Assembly: GCA_963841735.1 (NCBI GenBank)
Contig: CAWJDT010000005.1
Span: 190,944-254,943 of the forward strand
Direction of reading: 5' to 3'
Source of the DNA: an uncultured Actinomycetes bacterium
GTDB taxonomy: Bacteria > Actinomycetota > Thermoleophilia > RBG-16-64-13
Length of the DNA stretch: 64,000 nt
Shown: positions 9,577 to 19,066 of the stretch, piece after piece
How the letters are laid out: every line of letters begins with the position of its first letter
Position numbering within the stretch: the first letter of the stretch is position 1
The notes under the pieces: generated by a model
The model's database searches: none
What the model saw: only the letters and a program-made list of their open reading frames with translations
What the model was told of the DNA's origin: nothing
Position numbers and translations under genes: made by a program

Positions 9577-10467
9577 CTAACCTCCCCCGAGGACGCTTGG
9601 AATCCAGTCCTGAAGGTCCCTGATCACGATCTTGAACTCCGGCAGGAGCCTGACGAGATCGGCAAGACTCGAGTCCCACTGTCTTGCGGCCTCGGCGACG
9701 ACAATCGAAGGGAAGAAGTCCTCCGAGCCTTCAAAGCTCACGTCTCTCACGGAGCACTTTTGCCGCAGGATGCTCCCAACGACAGCGCTATTGACACTAT
9801 CGACGCCGGCCGCGTTCATCGAGGTCAACCACCAGAGATCGTAGTAGTCGCGAGCGCAGTTGCGCAGCCACCTGCCCTCTCGAGCCCGCTTCACGGCCTG
9901 GAGCGGAGTCCGCAGCTTCTCGGCGACGATCTCCTCCAACGAGTAGCAGACCAACCCGGCGTCCAATTGCTCCGCGTAGGCGTTCAGCAAGAGTCGATGG
10001 CTTGGCGGCAGTAGAACGGGTTCGTCCGTGGTTATCTCCACCTTGAGGTTACACATCGGCCGCGCATGCCAGGGGTATTTGATCTGCACTTGGAAGGCCT
10101 CTTGGGCAGCAGGGTGTGCTTCCCGCTCGGCTCTCCGGGACGAGACGACCCGAAACGGGCCTCGTTCCAGCAGAGTCTTCTCCGTCTCTCCGGCGACCTG
10201 AGCGACGGCCGCTTCCAGGTCCTGGCCTCGAGGCCCCCCATTTGCGGTAAAGTCGAGATCGACCGAGAAACGATAGCCCGGGAAGTAAGCTTTGCGAAGC
10301 GCAGTGCCACCCTTGAAGACAAGGCTTGAGGCCAACCCCTCGTTGCGAAAGATCGCCGCCAGGACATGGCTCAAGCCATAGTCCTTCTCGATGACCTCGA
10401 GCGGCACCCCCAGCTCGAAGGCCTTCGCTCTCAGCATGTCCTTCAGGGAAGGCGGCGAGTCACTCAC
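9577..10467 (-). CDS. abiEii: AbiEii/AbiGii-family nucleotidyltransferase toxin (type IV toxin-antitoxin)
   Basis: N-terminus PLEVIEKDYGLSHVLAAI...LVFKGGTALRKAY...RFSVDLDF is the hallmark of PF08843 (DUF1814/AbiEii). Overlaps the upstream antitoxin by 8 nt. Confidence 0.8.
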   Translation of the reverse strand: MSDSPPSLKDMLRAKAFELGVPLEVIEKDYGLSHVLAAIFRNEGLASSLVFKGGTALRKAYFPGYRFSVDLDFTANGGPRGQDLEAAVAQVAGETEKTLLERGPFRVVSSRRAEREAHPAAQEAFQVQIKYPWHARPMCNLKVEITTDEPVLLPPSHRLLLNAYAEQLDAGLVCYSLEEIVAEKLRTPLQAVKRAREGRWLRNCARDYYDLWWLTSMNAAGVDSVNSAVVGSILRQKCSVRDVSFEGSEDFFPSIVVAEAARQWDSSLADLVRLLPEFKIVIRDLQDWIPSVLGGG

Positions 10468-11314
10468 CTGCGGACTCTTGACTCAAGTTGGCGATGATCT
10501 TCCAGCGGCGGTCGTGCTCACCTCGGCGCATGCGTCCTGGGTCCAGAGGGCTGTAGTGGGAGGCGGGCAACTCAAGCAGTGGCATGACGGTCTTCATGTC
10601 GACGCCGGCGCGCTCCAGAGTCCACCCCAGGCGCTTGGCCACAGCCACGGACTTGTACTGCAGAGCGTAGTGGACCAGCTTTCCCAGATTGAGCTCATCA
10701 CGATGGCGGTCGACAACCGAGAGCGCCTCACCTATCCCCCCAAACATTCTCGGGAAAGCAAAGAGGTCGAGGACGGTGCGCTCCCGATCGGTGATGCTGA
10801 CGCGAAAGCGTTCCTCCAGCCAGATCGTCTCCAGGCCAAGCTGGAACCGGCGAGGGATGACCGTGACGTACCGACAGTCGATGCCGGCCACGTGCCAAAG
10901 GTGCCGGGCTTCTTCTACGGCGCCCCCTTTGCGCATGCTTGGGGTGACTACCTTCTTGGTAGTCGAGACAGTAATGACAAGTGGGATCTGGTCCGTCAAA
11001 TCATGATAGGCAAGCGCAGACAGGTGACTCACGGCCGATGGAGTGAACAGCGCGGTCGCGATCAAGAAAGTGGGCACATCCACCCCGCCGGGTAGACGAC
11101 CCGTTCCGGCGTAGAGATCGCGCCGCAGACGAACGATCCAGCCCGCGTCAGCCAACGACTTAAGAAGAGAGCGGACACGCCGAGGGTCAACGCCCTGGGG
11201 CGCCAGCTGCGTGGCGCGTTCCGTCGTGAAGATGTATGTCCCGGCCTTCGCGAGCGAAGCTGCAAGAGCCACGCCGGCCGACACGCCGTACTCCCTTGTC
11301 TCCGACTTGTCCAT
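10460..11314 (-). CDS. abiEi: AbiEi-family antitoxin / transcriptional regulator (type IV toxin-antitoxin)
   Basis: 284 aa. N-terminal wHTH-like region (PRRVRSLLKSLADAGWIVRLRRDLY) plus C-terminal domain. Gene order and overlap with AbiEii are typical. Confidence 0.75.
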   Translation of the reverse strand: MDKSETREYGVSAGVALAASLAKAGTYIFTTERATQLAPQGVDPRRVRSLLKSLADAGWIVRLRRDLYAGTGRLPGGVDVPTFLIATALFTPSAVSHLSALAYHDLTDQIPLVITVSTTKKVVTPSMRKGGAVEEARHLWHVAGIDCRYVTVIPRRFQLGLETIWLEERFRVSITDRERTVLDLFAFPRMFGGIGEALSVVDRHRDELNLGKLVHYALQYKSVAVAKRLGWTLERAGVDMKTVMPLLELPASHYSPLDPGRMRRGEHDRRWKIIANLSQESAGE

Positions 11315-11380
11315 GTGTGCGATTCTACTGCGTTAATGCGTTATTAGCAAACTTACGCAGTAGTGTCGCATAGGCAGCGG

Positions 11381-11818
11381 TCACACCCTTGCCGGTGGCA
11401 CTGGTAGCGGCCCGAGCCTCTGTTCCAGCGCCGCCAAGAAGGTCATCCGCTGCGCATCTGCGACATGGTCCAAGCGGAGCTTGACCCTCTTGCCGCCGCA
11501 GATGGTCAATTCGACGATGCCCCAACTCTTGCGTCTTGCGCCCTGTACCGAGGACCACTGAATCACCCTCCGTGGCCTAAAGCATGGCGGTACAGGCCGA
11601 AGCAGGCTCGTAAACGTGAGGCTCTCCCGCGACACGCGGGCGTATGGCAGGAGCGAGAGGACAGCGTTCGTCCCGGCGAGCACCGGCAAAGCCAGCCATA
11701 GCGCTAGCCAAACGAGGCCAGCCCCATCCAGGACCTTGACAACGCCGAAGCCGGTCCACACCAACTCAAGGAGCAGATTGCTGTAGAACCAGGCTCTGGG
11801 ATGTCGGAACTCAAGCAC
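11381..11818 (-). CDS. hypothetical membrane protein
   Basis: 145-aa ORF with two hydrophobic helices. Weak support. Confidence 0.2.
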   Translation of the reverse strand: MLEFRHPRAWFYSNLLLELVWTGFGVVKVLDGAGLVWLALWLALPVLAGTNAVLSLLPYARVSRESLTFTSLLRPVPPCFRPRRVIQWSSVQGARRKSWGIVELTICGGKRVKLRLDHVADAQRMTFLAALEQRLGPLPVPPARV

Positions 11819-11851
11819 CGTGCGCTCTCCCCCCCGTGAGCAGCCCCTGCC

Positions 11852-12574
11852 TCAGTAAGACGGTATCGCGGCGTAGTGGGCCGCCTTCGCGGCCGTGTAG
11901 GCCGCCTGCGCGCCGGAGGCCGCGCCAAGATACGGCACCCCGTTGGTCACCATCCCTGTGCTCTTCATAGCGTCGATAGCCACGACGAGGTTGGCGATCC
12001 AGGACAGCATGCTACCGGCCGCCTGCCCCAACCAGTACTGGGCATTTTCGTAGCCCGCGGGGGGAGTCGTGGACGCCTCCGGCAAGTACATGGTGATGAA
12101 GTCGGTCATGCCCACCAGCTCCTCCCGCACCGAGCCGGGGGTGCCGAGGCCCATGCTGCTGATCTGAGCAGCCAACTCCGGGATGCGTGTTTCGTCGACG
12201 TCGATCTCGTTCAGCAGGTGGTGTACCGACTGGATATACCCGATGTGCACCACCGACGGGTCCAAGGTAGTAGTCGTGATAGGCGGGGCGGTGGCGTGGG
12301 TAGTGGTCGTCGCCGGCGCAGCCGTCGTGGTAGTGGCGGGAGCTGCGGTGGTAGTTGTAGTCGAGACCGTGGTGACCACGCTGGTCTCGACGCCCACGAG
12401 CGTCGTGTCGCTCGAAGATACCGCGGTGGTGGGCAGCCCGCCCGGGAGGTCTGTGCACGCTGCCGCCAAGAGGCTGGTTCCTGCCAGCGCCAGCACCAGC
12501 CCCGCCACCATCAGCCATCTGATCTTCAGGCGATTCACGGTCCCCTCCTTGAGTCTCGGCAACACCTCACGCAC
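11852..12574 (-). CDS. hypothetical lipoprotein with Thr-rich linker
   Basis: Signal plus lipobox (LLAAAC), then TTTTTAAPATTTT x2 linker, then a globular C-terminus. Linker style is shared by other exported proteins in this window. Confidence 0.45.
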   Translation of the reverse strand: MREVLPRLKEGTVNRLKIRWLMVAGLVLALAGTSLLAAACTDLPGGLPTTAVSSSDTTLVGVETSVVTTVSTTTTTAAPATTTTAAPATTTTHATAPPITTTTLDPSVVHIGYIQSVHHLLNEIDVDETRIPELAAQISSMGLGTPGSVREELVGMTDFITMYLPEASTTPPAGYENAQYWLGQAAGSMLSWIANLVVAIDAMKSTGMVTNGVPYLGAASGAQAAYTAAKAAHYAAIPSY

Positions 12575-12660
12575 CTTGACCGACCAACACGTCGATTCTA
12601 CGCCGCAACACCGGCACCTTGCTCAGTGGTCACGTGTGGAGCGCGCCCCCCCGCCTCCAC

Positions 12661-12900
12661 TCAGGATTCCCACCACTCGATATCCACGCCTTCGGAGTCG
12701 CCCACGGCTTCCCGAAGCATCTCGATGAGCTCGGGGGCCGCCCCGGCTTCCTCCATCATCTCGATGGTCAGGGAGGTGATGTAGTAGTCGGTGTCTTCCT
12801 CGTCTTCCTCTACCAGTTGGTCGATAAGAAACTGGAGTTCAGACTCGTCGATCTCCCCCAGCACCTCACCGCTATCCTTCAATGACAACGTATACATCAA
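12661..12900 (-). CDS. small acidic hypothetical protein (79 aa)
   Basis: Strong RBS GGAGG 4-7 nt upstream. Its start overlaps the TGA stop of the upstream DUF1385 gene (TGATG), indicating translational coupling. Confidence 0.45.
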   Translation of the reverse strand: MMYTLSLKDSGEVLGEIDESELQFLIDQLVEEDEEDTDYYITSLTIEMMEEAGAAPELIEMLREAVGDSEGVDIEWWES

Positions 12901-14234
12901 GCAACCTCCATTCGCAGTAGTTCCTGTAACGCCCTTTGTCCAACCTCCAGCTGTTCCGTGGTGGGTTCACTGGTGGTCAAGCGCTTCTGGATGGCCCGCC
13001 CCGGCATGAGCATCAACCGGGCCAGCACCGAATCGCCGTGTTTGGTGGCCCAGCGCAGGGCCTCAAGAGCCAGGCCCAGACTGGCCGCGCCGGCCAGAGC
13101 CGACCCGACGGGTGTCTTCTTGCCCGAGCGACCCCGGGCAATCAGGTTGGTGGCCACGGTGGCGAGCAGATAGGGCCCCACCAGGTTGGAGCCGCAGCGG
13201 TCGTGCTCTTTGGCGGCGGCGGCCGAGTCGCCGATGAGGGTCGCGTCGACCGCGTCGGGCGCGGGGGCGGCATCGACCGCCCCGCCTGCCACGTCCGCGT
13301 CGACCGCGGCGCCGGGCGCGCCGGCTCTGCCCACCTCAAGCGCGTCCGCCCCGGCGTTGAGGGCGACCGGACCCGGCGCCGCTTCGCGGCCGCGGGCGCC
13401 GCCCGCCGCCCCCCGCGCCGCGGCCCGCAGGGCCTCCTCGCGTCCACCGATGACCTTGTGTTCGGCACCGTGATATCCGGAGATGGCGGAATTCTTGAGC
13501 GCCAGCATCGCGGGAACAAAGGCGGCAAGGGCCGTGCCGGTCTCCTGCGCCAGAGCCGACTTGGGAGCCGCCGCGCGGACCCCAGAGCTCACGGCCACGG
13601 AAGCCGCCAGCGCCGCCAACACCCGTCCTCCTTCGAGGGGCATCTTGGCATTGGGCAGCTTTGACTTCACTATGCCCAGCACCATAAGGCTCTCTCCAAA
13701 CCGGCCAAGGCCGCGCAACAGTGGCACGCCCGCGCTCGCGCCGCGCCGCAGGCCTGCGCCGGCTGCGCGGAGCGCTCCCGCGTCTGGGGTGGCGGCACCT
13801 GCGGCGGCGGCACCCGCACCGGCTTCTGTGACCGCGCCGCCGCCCACCACCGCGTACGTGCCCCCGCCCGGGGCGCGGCGCGTCGCCGGCGCCTCACGGG
13901 CCGGTCCTCCGCTGCCGGGCACGTGGGGCTTCGGGCCCGAAGCCACGCTGATAGAACCGTCGGCTTCGCGGATGGCCGCGGCCCAGTTGCGCTCCGACAC
14001 CAGCACCAGGCCGTTCTTCAGCGCGATGCCGCCCATGCGCAGAGCCGGATCGGCAGCGGGGTCGTACTCACCTTGAGGGGGCCGCCCGCCGGCGCCTGCC
14101 GCCGCGGGCGCGCCCGCGGCACCGCTCACACCCGCGCTCCCGGCGCCGCCCCCGCCGCCCGCTGCCGCCCCGAGTCTCTTGTCGCTACTCACTTCACGTC
14201 CTCCATCCCGGCCTCCTCGGCCGCTATCGCCCAC
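12897..14234 (-). CDS. DUF1385 (YqhQ-like) family protein with long Ala/Gly-rich insertions
   Basis: Motifs RMGGIALKNGLVLVSERNWAAAIREADGSI, GYHGAEHKVI and EHDRCGSNLVGPYLL resemble DUF1385 (GGQAVIEGVMMR / EYHGAEHK / HPRCGT). The same frame carries both ends of the domain despite the inserts. N-terminal start uncertain. Confidence 0.5.
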   Translation of the reverse strand: MGDSGRGGRDGGREVSSDKRLGAAAGGGGGAGSAGVSGAAGAPAAAGAGGRPPQGEYDPAADPALRMGGIALKNGLVLVSERNWAAAIREADGSISVASGPKPHVPGSGGPAREAPATRRAPGGGTYAVVGGGAVTEAGAGAAAAGAATPDAGALRAAGAGLRRGASAGVPLLRGLGRFGESLMVLGIVKSKLPNAKMPLEGGRVLAALAASVAVSSGVRAAAPKSALAQETGTALAAFVPAMLALKNSAISGYHGAEHKVIGGREEALRAAARGAAGGARGREAAPGPVALNAGADALEVGRAGAPGAAVDADVAGGAVDAAPAPDAVDATLIGDSAAAAKEHDRCGSNLVGPYLLATVATNLIARGRSGKKTPVGSALAGAASLGLALEALRWATKHGDSVLARLMLMPGRAIQKRLTTSEPTTEQLEVGQRALQELLRMEVA

Positions 14235-15514
14235 ACTTTCACCGGGTCGCCCCGGGCCGCCGACCGGGCCGCCCTGCGGGCGGCTGCCCGGGTGTTACCC
14301 GACGCCAGGGCCGCTTCCCAGGCAGCGTGCCCCCGTCGCGACGACGCCACTCTATAGGGCAGGTAGACGGCCACACCCATGAGCATCGCCGCCAGTCCCG
14401 CCATCAAGAAGGTCCGGCGGATGCCCACAACGTCGCCCAGCACTCCGCCCACCAAAAAGCCCACGGTGGCTCCTATCTGCCCAAAGCCGCCCCGCACCGC
14501 AAGCAGCCGTCCCTTGTCCGCTTCGGCCGGGATCTCCTGGAACATGGTGATGGAGGGTATCACCATCCCCACGTTCATCAGACCGGCTATACCCATCAGG
14601 GCGATCGCCACACCCAGATAATCGGTGGCCCACACCCCCACCAGGCAGGCGGCCACCAGCACCAGCGACAAAAGCACGTAGGCATTCTTGTCACCTTTCA
14701 AAGACATGCGACTGATGACCAGCGCCCCGGCTATGGACCCCACGGCCACTGCCGCCTCCATGAACCCCATGGCCAGAGCACCGGCGTCGAACACCTCCAG
14801 CACCAGCCCGTACGAATTGGGCATGCCCATCATCACGGCCATCGCCGGCAGCACCACCAGCAGCATGTTGGTGCGCAGGGCCGGATGCCGCCACATGCGC
14901 ATGAGCACCGCGGGCGACTCGGCTATGAGCGTGCGCACCGAAGCCGGCGGCTCCGCCCGCCGCGCGGCGCGGGGCAGCCCCAGCAGCAGCAGCCCCGAAG
15001 CCACGTAGCTGGCCGCGTCGATAGCGAAAGCGATCTTGTAGCCCAGGGCCAGCACCAGAGCGCCGCCGACCACGTAGCCGATCCACTCGGTAGAGTCCCG
15101 CGAGATGCTCGCATACGAGTTGGCCTTGACCAACTGCTCCCGCTCTACCAGTTCCAGAATCAGCTTTAGCTGTCCCGGGTTGAAGCAGGCCGAGAAGATG
15201 CCCAGCAGGCAGGCGATAACGTAGATAAATCCGATGGCCGCTTCGGCCGCAAAGGGCAGCAGCAAGATCAAAACCGCCCGGGCCGCGTCGGCCCCCACCA
15301 TGATCCACTTGGCGCTGAACCGGTCGAGCAGGGCGCCGCCTATCCAACTGGTCACTATGAGCGGAAAGGCCGAGATGGCCATGACCCCGCCCATTTGCAG
15401 CATGGATCCGGTGAGCTGGTAGACCATGATGCCAAGCGCCACCGTCGACACCGAGGTGCCAAAGCTGGAGAGGGCTTGAGCCCCCAAGAGCCGCCACAGA
15501 ACTTGCAGACGCAT
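14189..15514 (-). CDS. MFS transporter
   Basis: 441 aa, 12 predicted TM helices; N-terminus MRLQVLWRLLGAQALSSFGTSV typical of MFS_1/EntS-like exporters. Confidence 0.8.
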   Translation of the reverse strand: MRLQVLWRLLGAQALSSFGTSVSTVALGIMVYQLTGSMLQMGGVMAISAFPLIVTSWIGGALLDRFSAKWIMVGADAARAVLILLLPFAAEAAIGFIYVIACLLGIFSACFNPGQLKLILELVEREQLVKANSYASISRDSTEWIGYVVGGALVLALGYKIAFAIDAASYVASGLLLLGLPRAARRAEPPASVRTLIAESPAVLMRMWRHPALRTNMLLVVLPAMAVMMGMPNSYGLVLEVFDAGALAMGFMEAAVAVGSIAGALVISRMSLKGDKNAYVLLSLVLVAACLVGVWATDYLGVAIALMGIAGLMNVGMVIPSITMFQEIPAEADKGRLLAVRGGFGQIGATVGFLVGGVLGDVVGIRRTFLMAGLAAMLMGVAVYLPYRVASSRRGHAAWEAALASGNTRAAARRAARSAARGDPVKVWAIAAEEAGMEDVK

Positions 15515-15598
15515 GATCCCCCAACACCGAACGCGGGTAAGTCCCCGCTATCCTACCAAGCGCGGGCCATGCCGGGTCAAGCCCGGACCGGCCCTAGG

Positions 15599-16558
15599 TC
15601 ATTCCTCTCCGTCGGTCTCCCGCCTAGATGCCCGGGCACCGCGCGTCGCCATCGCCCCCACCGGCACGCGCGCCATCGCAGCTATCCCCTCCTCTGCCTG
15701 CCGCGCCCCCGCGGGCCTCGGCTGCCGATCGGTCCGCCGCCGCCCGCGCGCCACCACCGGCTCCGGCGCGGGCTCCGGAGGCTCGTAGTCCAGATCGTCC
15801 TCGGATTCGGCCGGCAGGTCGCGCAAGAACTTCACCGCCTGCACCTCCAAGCGGAAGTCGGCCTTCTCGCCCATGACGTAGGCCGTGTCGCTCCGCCCCA
15901 AAAGGCCCAGGAAGCAGTCCACCACCTGGGGATCAAACTGCGTGCCCTTGCGGTATTCCAGCTCGGCCTGGGCGATCTCCGCGGGCAACGGAGGCCCATA
16001 GGGCCGGTCGCTTATCATGGCCGAATAGGAGTCGGCCACCGAGATGATGCGGCTGGCCAAGGGGATGCTCTCTCCCGACAACCCATAGGGATAGCCGTTG
16101 CCGTCAAAACGCTCGTGGTGATGGAGCACCACCGTAGCCGGCTCATCGAACTGATCGATCTGTCTCAAGATCTTGTAGCCGTGCTGGCAGTGACCCTCCA
16201 CCTCCACCCAGTTCTCGGCGCTCAACTTCTCGGGCGACCGCAGGAGCTGCTCCGACACCCCTATCTTGCCCACGTCGTGCAAAAGGCTGGCCATGTGGGT
16301 GAGGTTGACGTCGTACTCGTTCAGCCCCATGGCCTCGGCGATATCCCCGGCCCACTGCGCCACCGCGGCCGAGTGCTGAGCGGTGTAGTTGTCTTTGAGG
16401 TCCAGTGCGTAGATAAGGCTCACCACGGCCTGCAGGGCCAGGCGCTCGTTGCGCACGGCCAGACGAGCGTTGCGCTTGGCCAGCCCGTGTTGGCGACCGT
16501 AGGCCCTAAAGGAGTAGATGAGGCCAACTACCGGCAGCAGACAGAGCATCACCAACAT
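15599..16558 (-). CDS. HD-GYP domain c-di-GMP phosphodiesterase (C-terminal catalytic part of a larger membrane-anchored protein)
   Basis: HSAAVAQWA...LLHDVGKIGV...HHERFDGNGYPYGL matches HD-GYP. One N-terminal TM. Confidence 0.8.
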   Translation of the reverse strand: MLVMLCLLPVVGLIYSFRAYGRQHGLAKRNARLAVRNERLALQAVVSLIYALDLKDNYTAQHSAAVAQWAGDIAEAMGLNEYDVNLTHMASLLHDVGKIGVSEQLLRSPEKLSAENWVEVEGHCQHGYKILRQIDQFDEPATVVLHHHERFDGNGYPYGLSGESIPLASRIISVADSYSAMISDRPYGPPLPAEIAQAELEYRKGTQFDPQVVDCFLGLLGRSDTAYVMGEKADFRLEVQAVKFLRDLPAESEDDLDYEPPEPAPEPVVARGRRRTDRQPRPAGARQAEEGIAAMARVPVGAMATRGARASRRETDGEE

Positions 16559-17274
16559 GGTGGCCTGGAGGGTATTGGCCCCGCCCGGTATCAGGCAGAT
16601 AGGTGCGGTAGACCGCGATGAGCCCCAGGCTAATGGCCAGGAAGAACACGTGGAAAGGCAAGAAGGGCTTCTCCCCTTCGCGCCAGAGCATCTTCATGCC
16701 GATGCCCCGCCGCATATAGGCGACGGGTGCCACCACGGCGAAGTTGAGCAGGGGATAGAAGACGCCAGCCCCCACGCCGATTAGAGATGATCTTCCAGAT
16801 CGCGGCGTTCTCAAAGCCGCCCACCCAGCTTAGCGCCGCCCAGTAGAGAAGAGAGGAACCGCCGGCAACGATGCCCGCGGTCGAAATGAAACACGTATGC
16901 CGTTCCCATTCGCTCAGCCTGAACCGGAAAATCTGGCTAGCGACGGCAACGGCCAAGGCCGCTAGCGGGCCAGCGATGGCCCCGCTCAGAAAGAACGTGA
17001 GAAAACTCGCAGACAGCTCCATGCCCGATCCAATGCGAACGGTACATGTCTCTGCCAACACGGCCAGAATCATCAAGAAGACGAAACTCGCCCACGGGAA
17101 TGGACCGGAAGGACCTATCCTTGGAAGAGAAACCTGAGCAAAGACAAGATACAACACAAGGCCAAGGGTGACAATCGCCAAGGCCCTGATATATAGCCCG
17201 GCCCCACCGGCTCTTGTCGTCTTCAGCCGAATGGTAGCCGGGCCCGCTACTCTCGCTGCGCGTTCTTTGGTCAT
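16506..17274 (-). pseudogene. two frame-shifted multi-TM ORF pieces (16630..17274 and 16506..16814) that appear to be the N-terminal 7TM-like sensor region of the HD-GYP gene
   Basis: Three consecutive overlapping frames each carry hydrophobic helices followed by an R-rich out-of-frame tail. The frame switch at ~16775 (...AAIWKIIS | LIGVGAGVFYPLLNF...) needs a 1-nt indel; the second switch lies near the G-run at ~16590. Confidence 0.35.
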
Positions 17275-18103
17275 CTATGCCGGTCCTAGCAAGTGGACAG
17301 AGGCTGCTTATAGTCCAATTGCGATATCGACCAGATGCCTCGAGAACGTTAGCGTAGGATTAGCCTAGTAGACCTTGAGCCACATATCTCTCTCCTCTCG
17401 TGCGAAAGTCCTCTCGGAAACCCCCGCCCAACGGCGGAGTTCCCGACCCATATGGCCCTTCCTTGTACCCAGAACACCCGGACGGTCCCATTCACCTCCG
17501 GAGTCCCAGCTTCAGACTTGAGCGCCCCATTCGGGCTTCAGTCTATGGCACAAGCGAGCCTGGCTCCAAAAGCCAGTGACCGTATCGTAAGGCCATCTAG
17601 GTCTGATTGTCAATGTATTGAGGTCAAGTTAGAGAAGAGTAATAGAAGTAAGCCGATAGTGAAGTCAATATACGTTGTTTTATGTATAGTCGCTTGCATC
17701 TAAGAGACAACTCTTAGACTCTAAGGCAAAATAACCTGATCTTTCCCAGGCAGGAGCAGGTCACCGGGATATCCTAAGGATGACAGCGATAGCCAGCCGT
17801 AAGCCGAAGATACCAAGGATATCCGCGGAAACCAGGCGGTAGAGGTTGTCCTGGACGGCAGCCGCAATTGCAGGCCCCAGAAACGCCAGCGCGTAGAGCC
17901 AGCATGACCCGACCAACAGTGAAGACCCTCCAACTTGATCTTCCCCCCCACGTTCTCTCCGATAGCGCGGCCATCGGCCCACCCATCGGATAGCCTAAGT
18001 CCGTGTCCCGATATAGGTGGTCATGTACTTCGACGTCCTCAGCATGCGCTGAGCCACGTAGTGAGCACAGACGACGCTAGTTCTAGCTATGGAATCCACG
18101 ACC

Positions 18104-19066
18104 TTGGTTGACACAAGCTATAGAGTAGCGAGAGTCAATCGGAGGTCGTTAGGATGACGAAAGCTGAGAGGGACATCAGGCGCAAGCTGGCCGTCTTTAG
18201 GTACGCCGAAGAGTCAGGCAACGTATCGCTCGCCTGCCGCCATTTCGGGATCTCACGACAGTGCTTCTACATCTGGAAGCGAGCCTGCGAGAAACATGGC
18301 GAGACGGGTCTCGTGAACAAGAAGCCCTGCCCGCAGAATGTGGCCCTACGCACGCCGGCCCCCGTCGAGGAGAAGATCCTTCACCTACGCCGTAACTATC
18401 ACTTCGGACCGCGGAGGATAGCCTGGTACCTGGAGCGCTATCACGGGATACCCATCTCGGCGAGCGGGGTCCACCGCGTGCTCACCCGGAATGGTCTCAG
18501 CCGGCTGCCCGCCAACTGTCGCACCCGCTCGATCATGAGCAAGCGCTACGAGAAGCAGATGCCCGGCCACCACGTGCAGGTGGACGTGAAGTTCCTGAAG
18601 TTCGTGGATCCGGCCGGCCGCAAGGTGCAGCGTTACCAGTTCACCGCCGTGGACGACGCCACCCGCATCCGCGCTCTCAAGGTCTATAACAAACACAACC
18701 AGGAGAGCGCCATCGACTTCATCGACCACGTCGTGGAGCGTTTCCCCTTCCGCATCCACACCGTGCGGACCGACAACGGCCACGAGTTCCAGGCCAAGTT
18801 CCATTGGCATGTGGAGGACCGGGGCATGAGGCACACCTACATCAAGCCGGGGAGCCCGAACCTCAACGGCAAGGTGGAGCGCTCCCACCTCACCGATCAG
18901 CTCGAGTTCTATCAGCTCCTTGAGTACACCGACGACGTCGACCTCAAGGAAAAGCTCGCGGTCTGGGAGGAGTTCTACAACGTCCACCGACCGCACGCCG
19001 GGCTCAAGGGGCAGACCCCGTATGAGGTCCTGAGAGGGAAGTTGGTATCGTGAAGCTGTCAACCGA
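18104..19066 (+). mobile_element. IS481-family insertion sequence (boundaries approximate)
   Basis: Single DDE transposase ORF flanked by imperfect inverted repeats GGTTGACACAAGCT (18104-18117) and AGCTGTCAACC (19056-19066; reverse complement GGTTGACAGCT). Size ~0.96 kb, consistent with IS481. Confidence 0.65.
18154..19053 (+). CDS. IS481-family DDE transposase (HTH + rve integrase core)
   Basis: 299 aa. N-terminal HTH (LACRHFGISRQCFYIWKR) and DDE triad context (VQVDVKF / VRTDNGHEF / KVERSH) with a C-terminal HxGLxGQTPxE tail typical of IS481. Confidence 0.85.
   Translation: MTKAERDIRRKLAVFRYAEESGNVSLACRHFGISRQCFYIWKRACEKHGETGLVNKKPCPQNVALRTPAPVEEKILHLRRNYHFGPRRIAWYLERYHGIPISASGVHRVLTRNGLSRLPANCRTRSIMSKRYEKQMPGHHVQVDVKFLKFVDPAGRKVQRYQFTAVDDATRIRALKVYNKHNQESAIDFIDHVVERFPFRIHTVRTDNGHEFQAKFHWHVEDRGMRHTYIKPGSPNLNGKVERSHLTDQLEFYQLLEYTDDVDLKEKLAVWEEFYNVHRPHAGLKGQTPYEVLRGKLVS

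Noticed and set aside
15395-16621. 408-aa plus-strand ORF
   Set aside because: Antisense to the HD-GYP gene; R/P/G-rich with no domain signal.
17398-17420. cgaaagtcc motif reminiscent of the RNase P RNA P4 region
   Set aside because: Surrounding sequence lacks the other conserved RNase P elements (GGGCTCCATAGGGCA, AGGGTGAAA).
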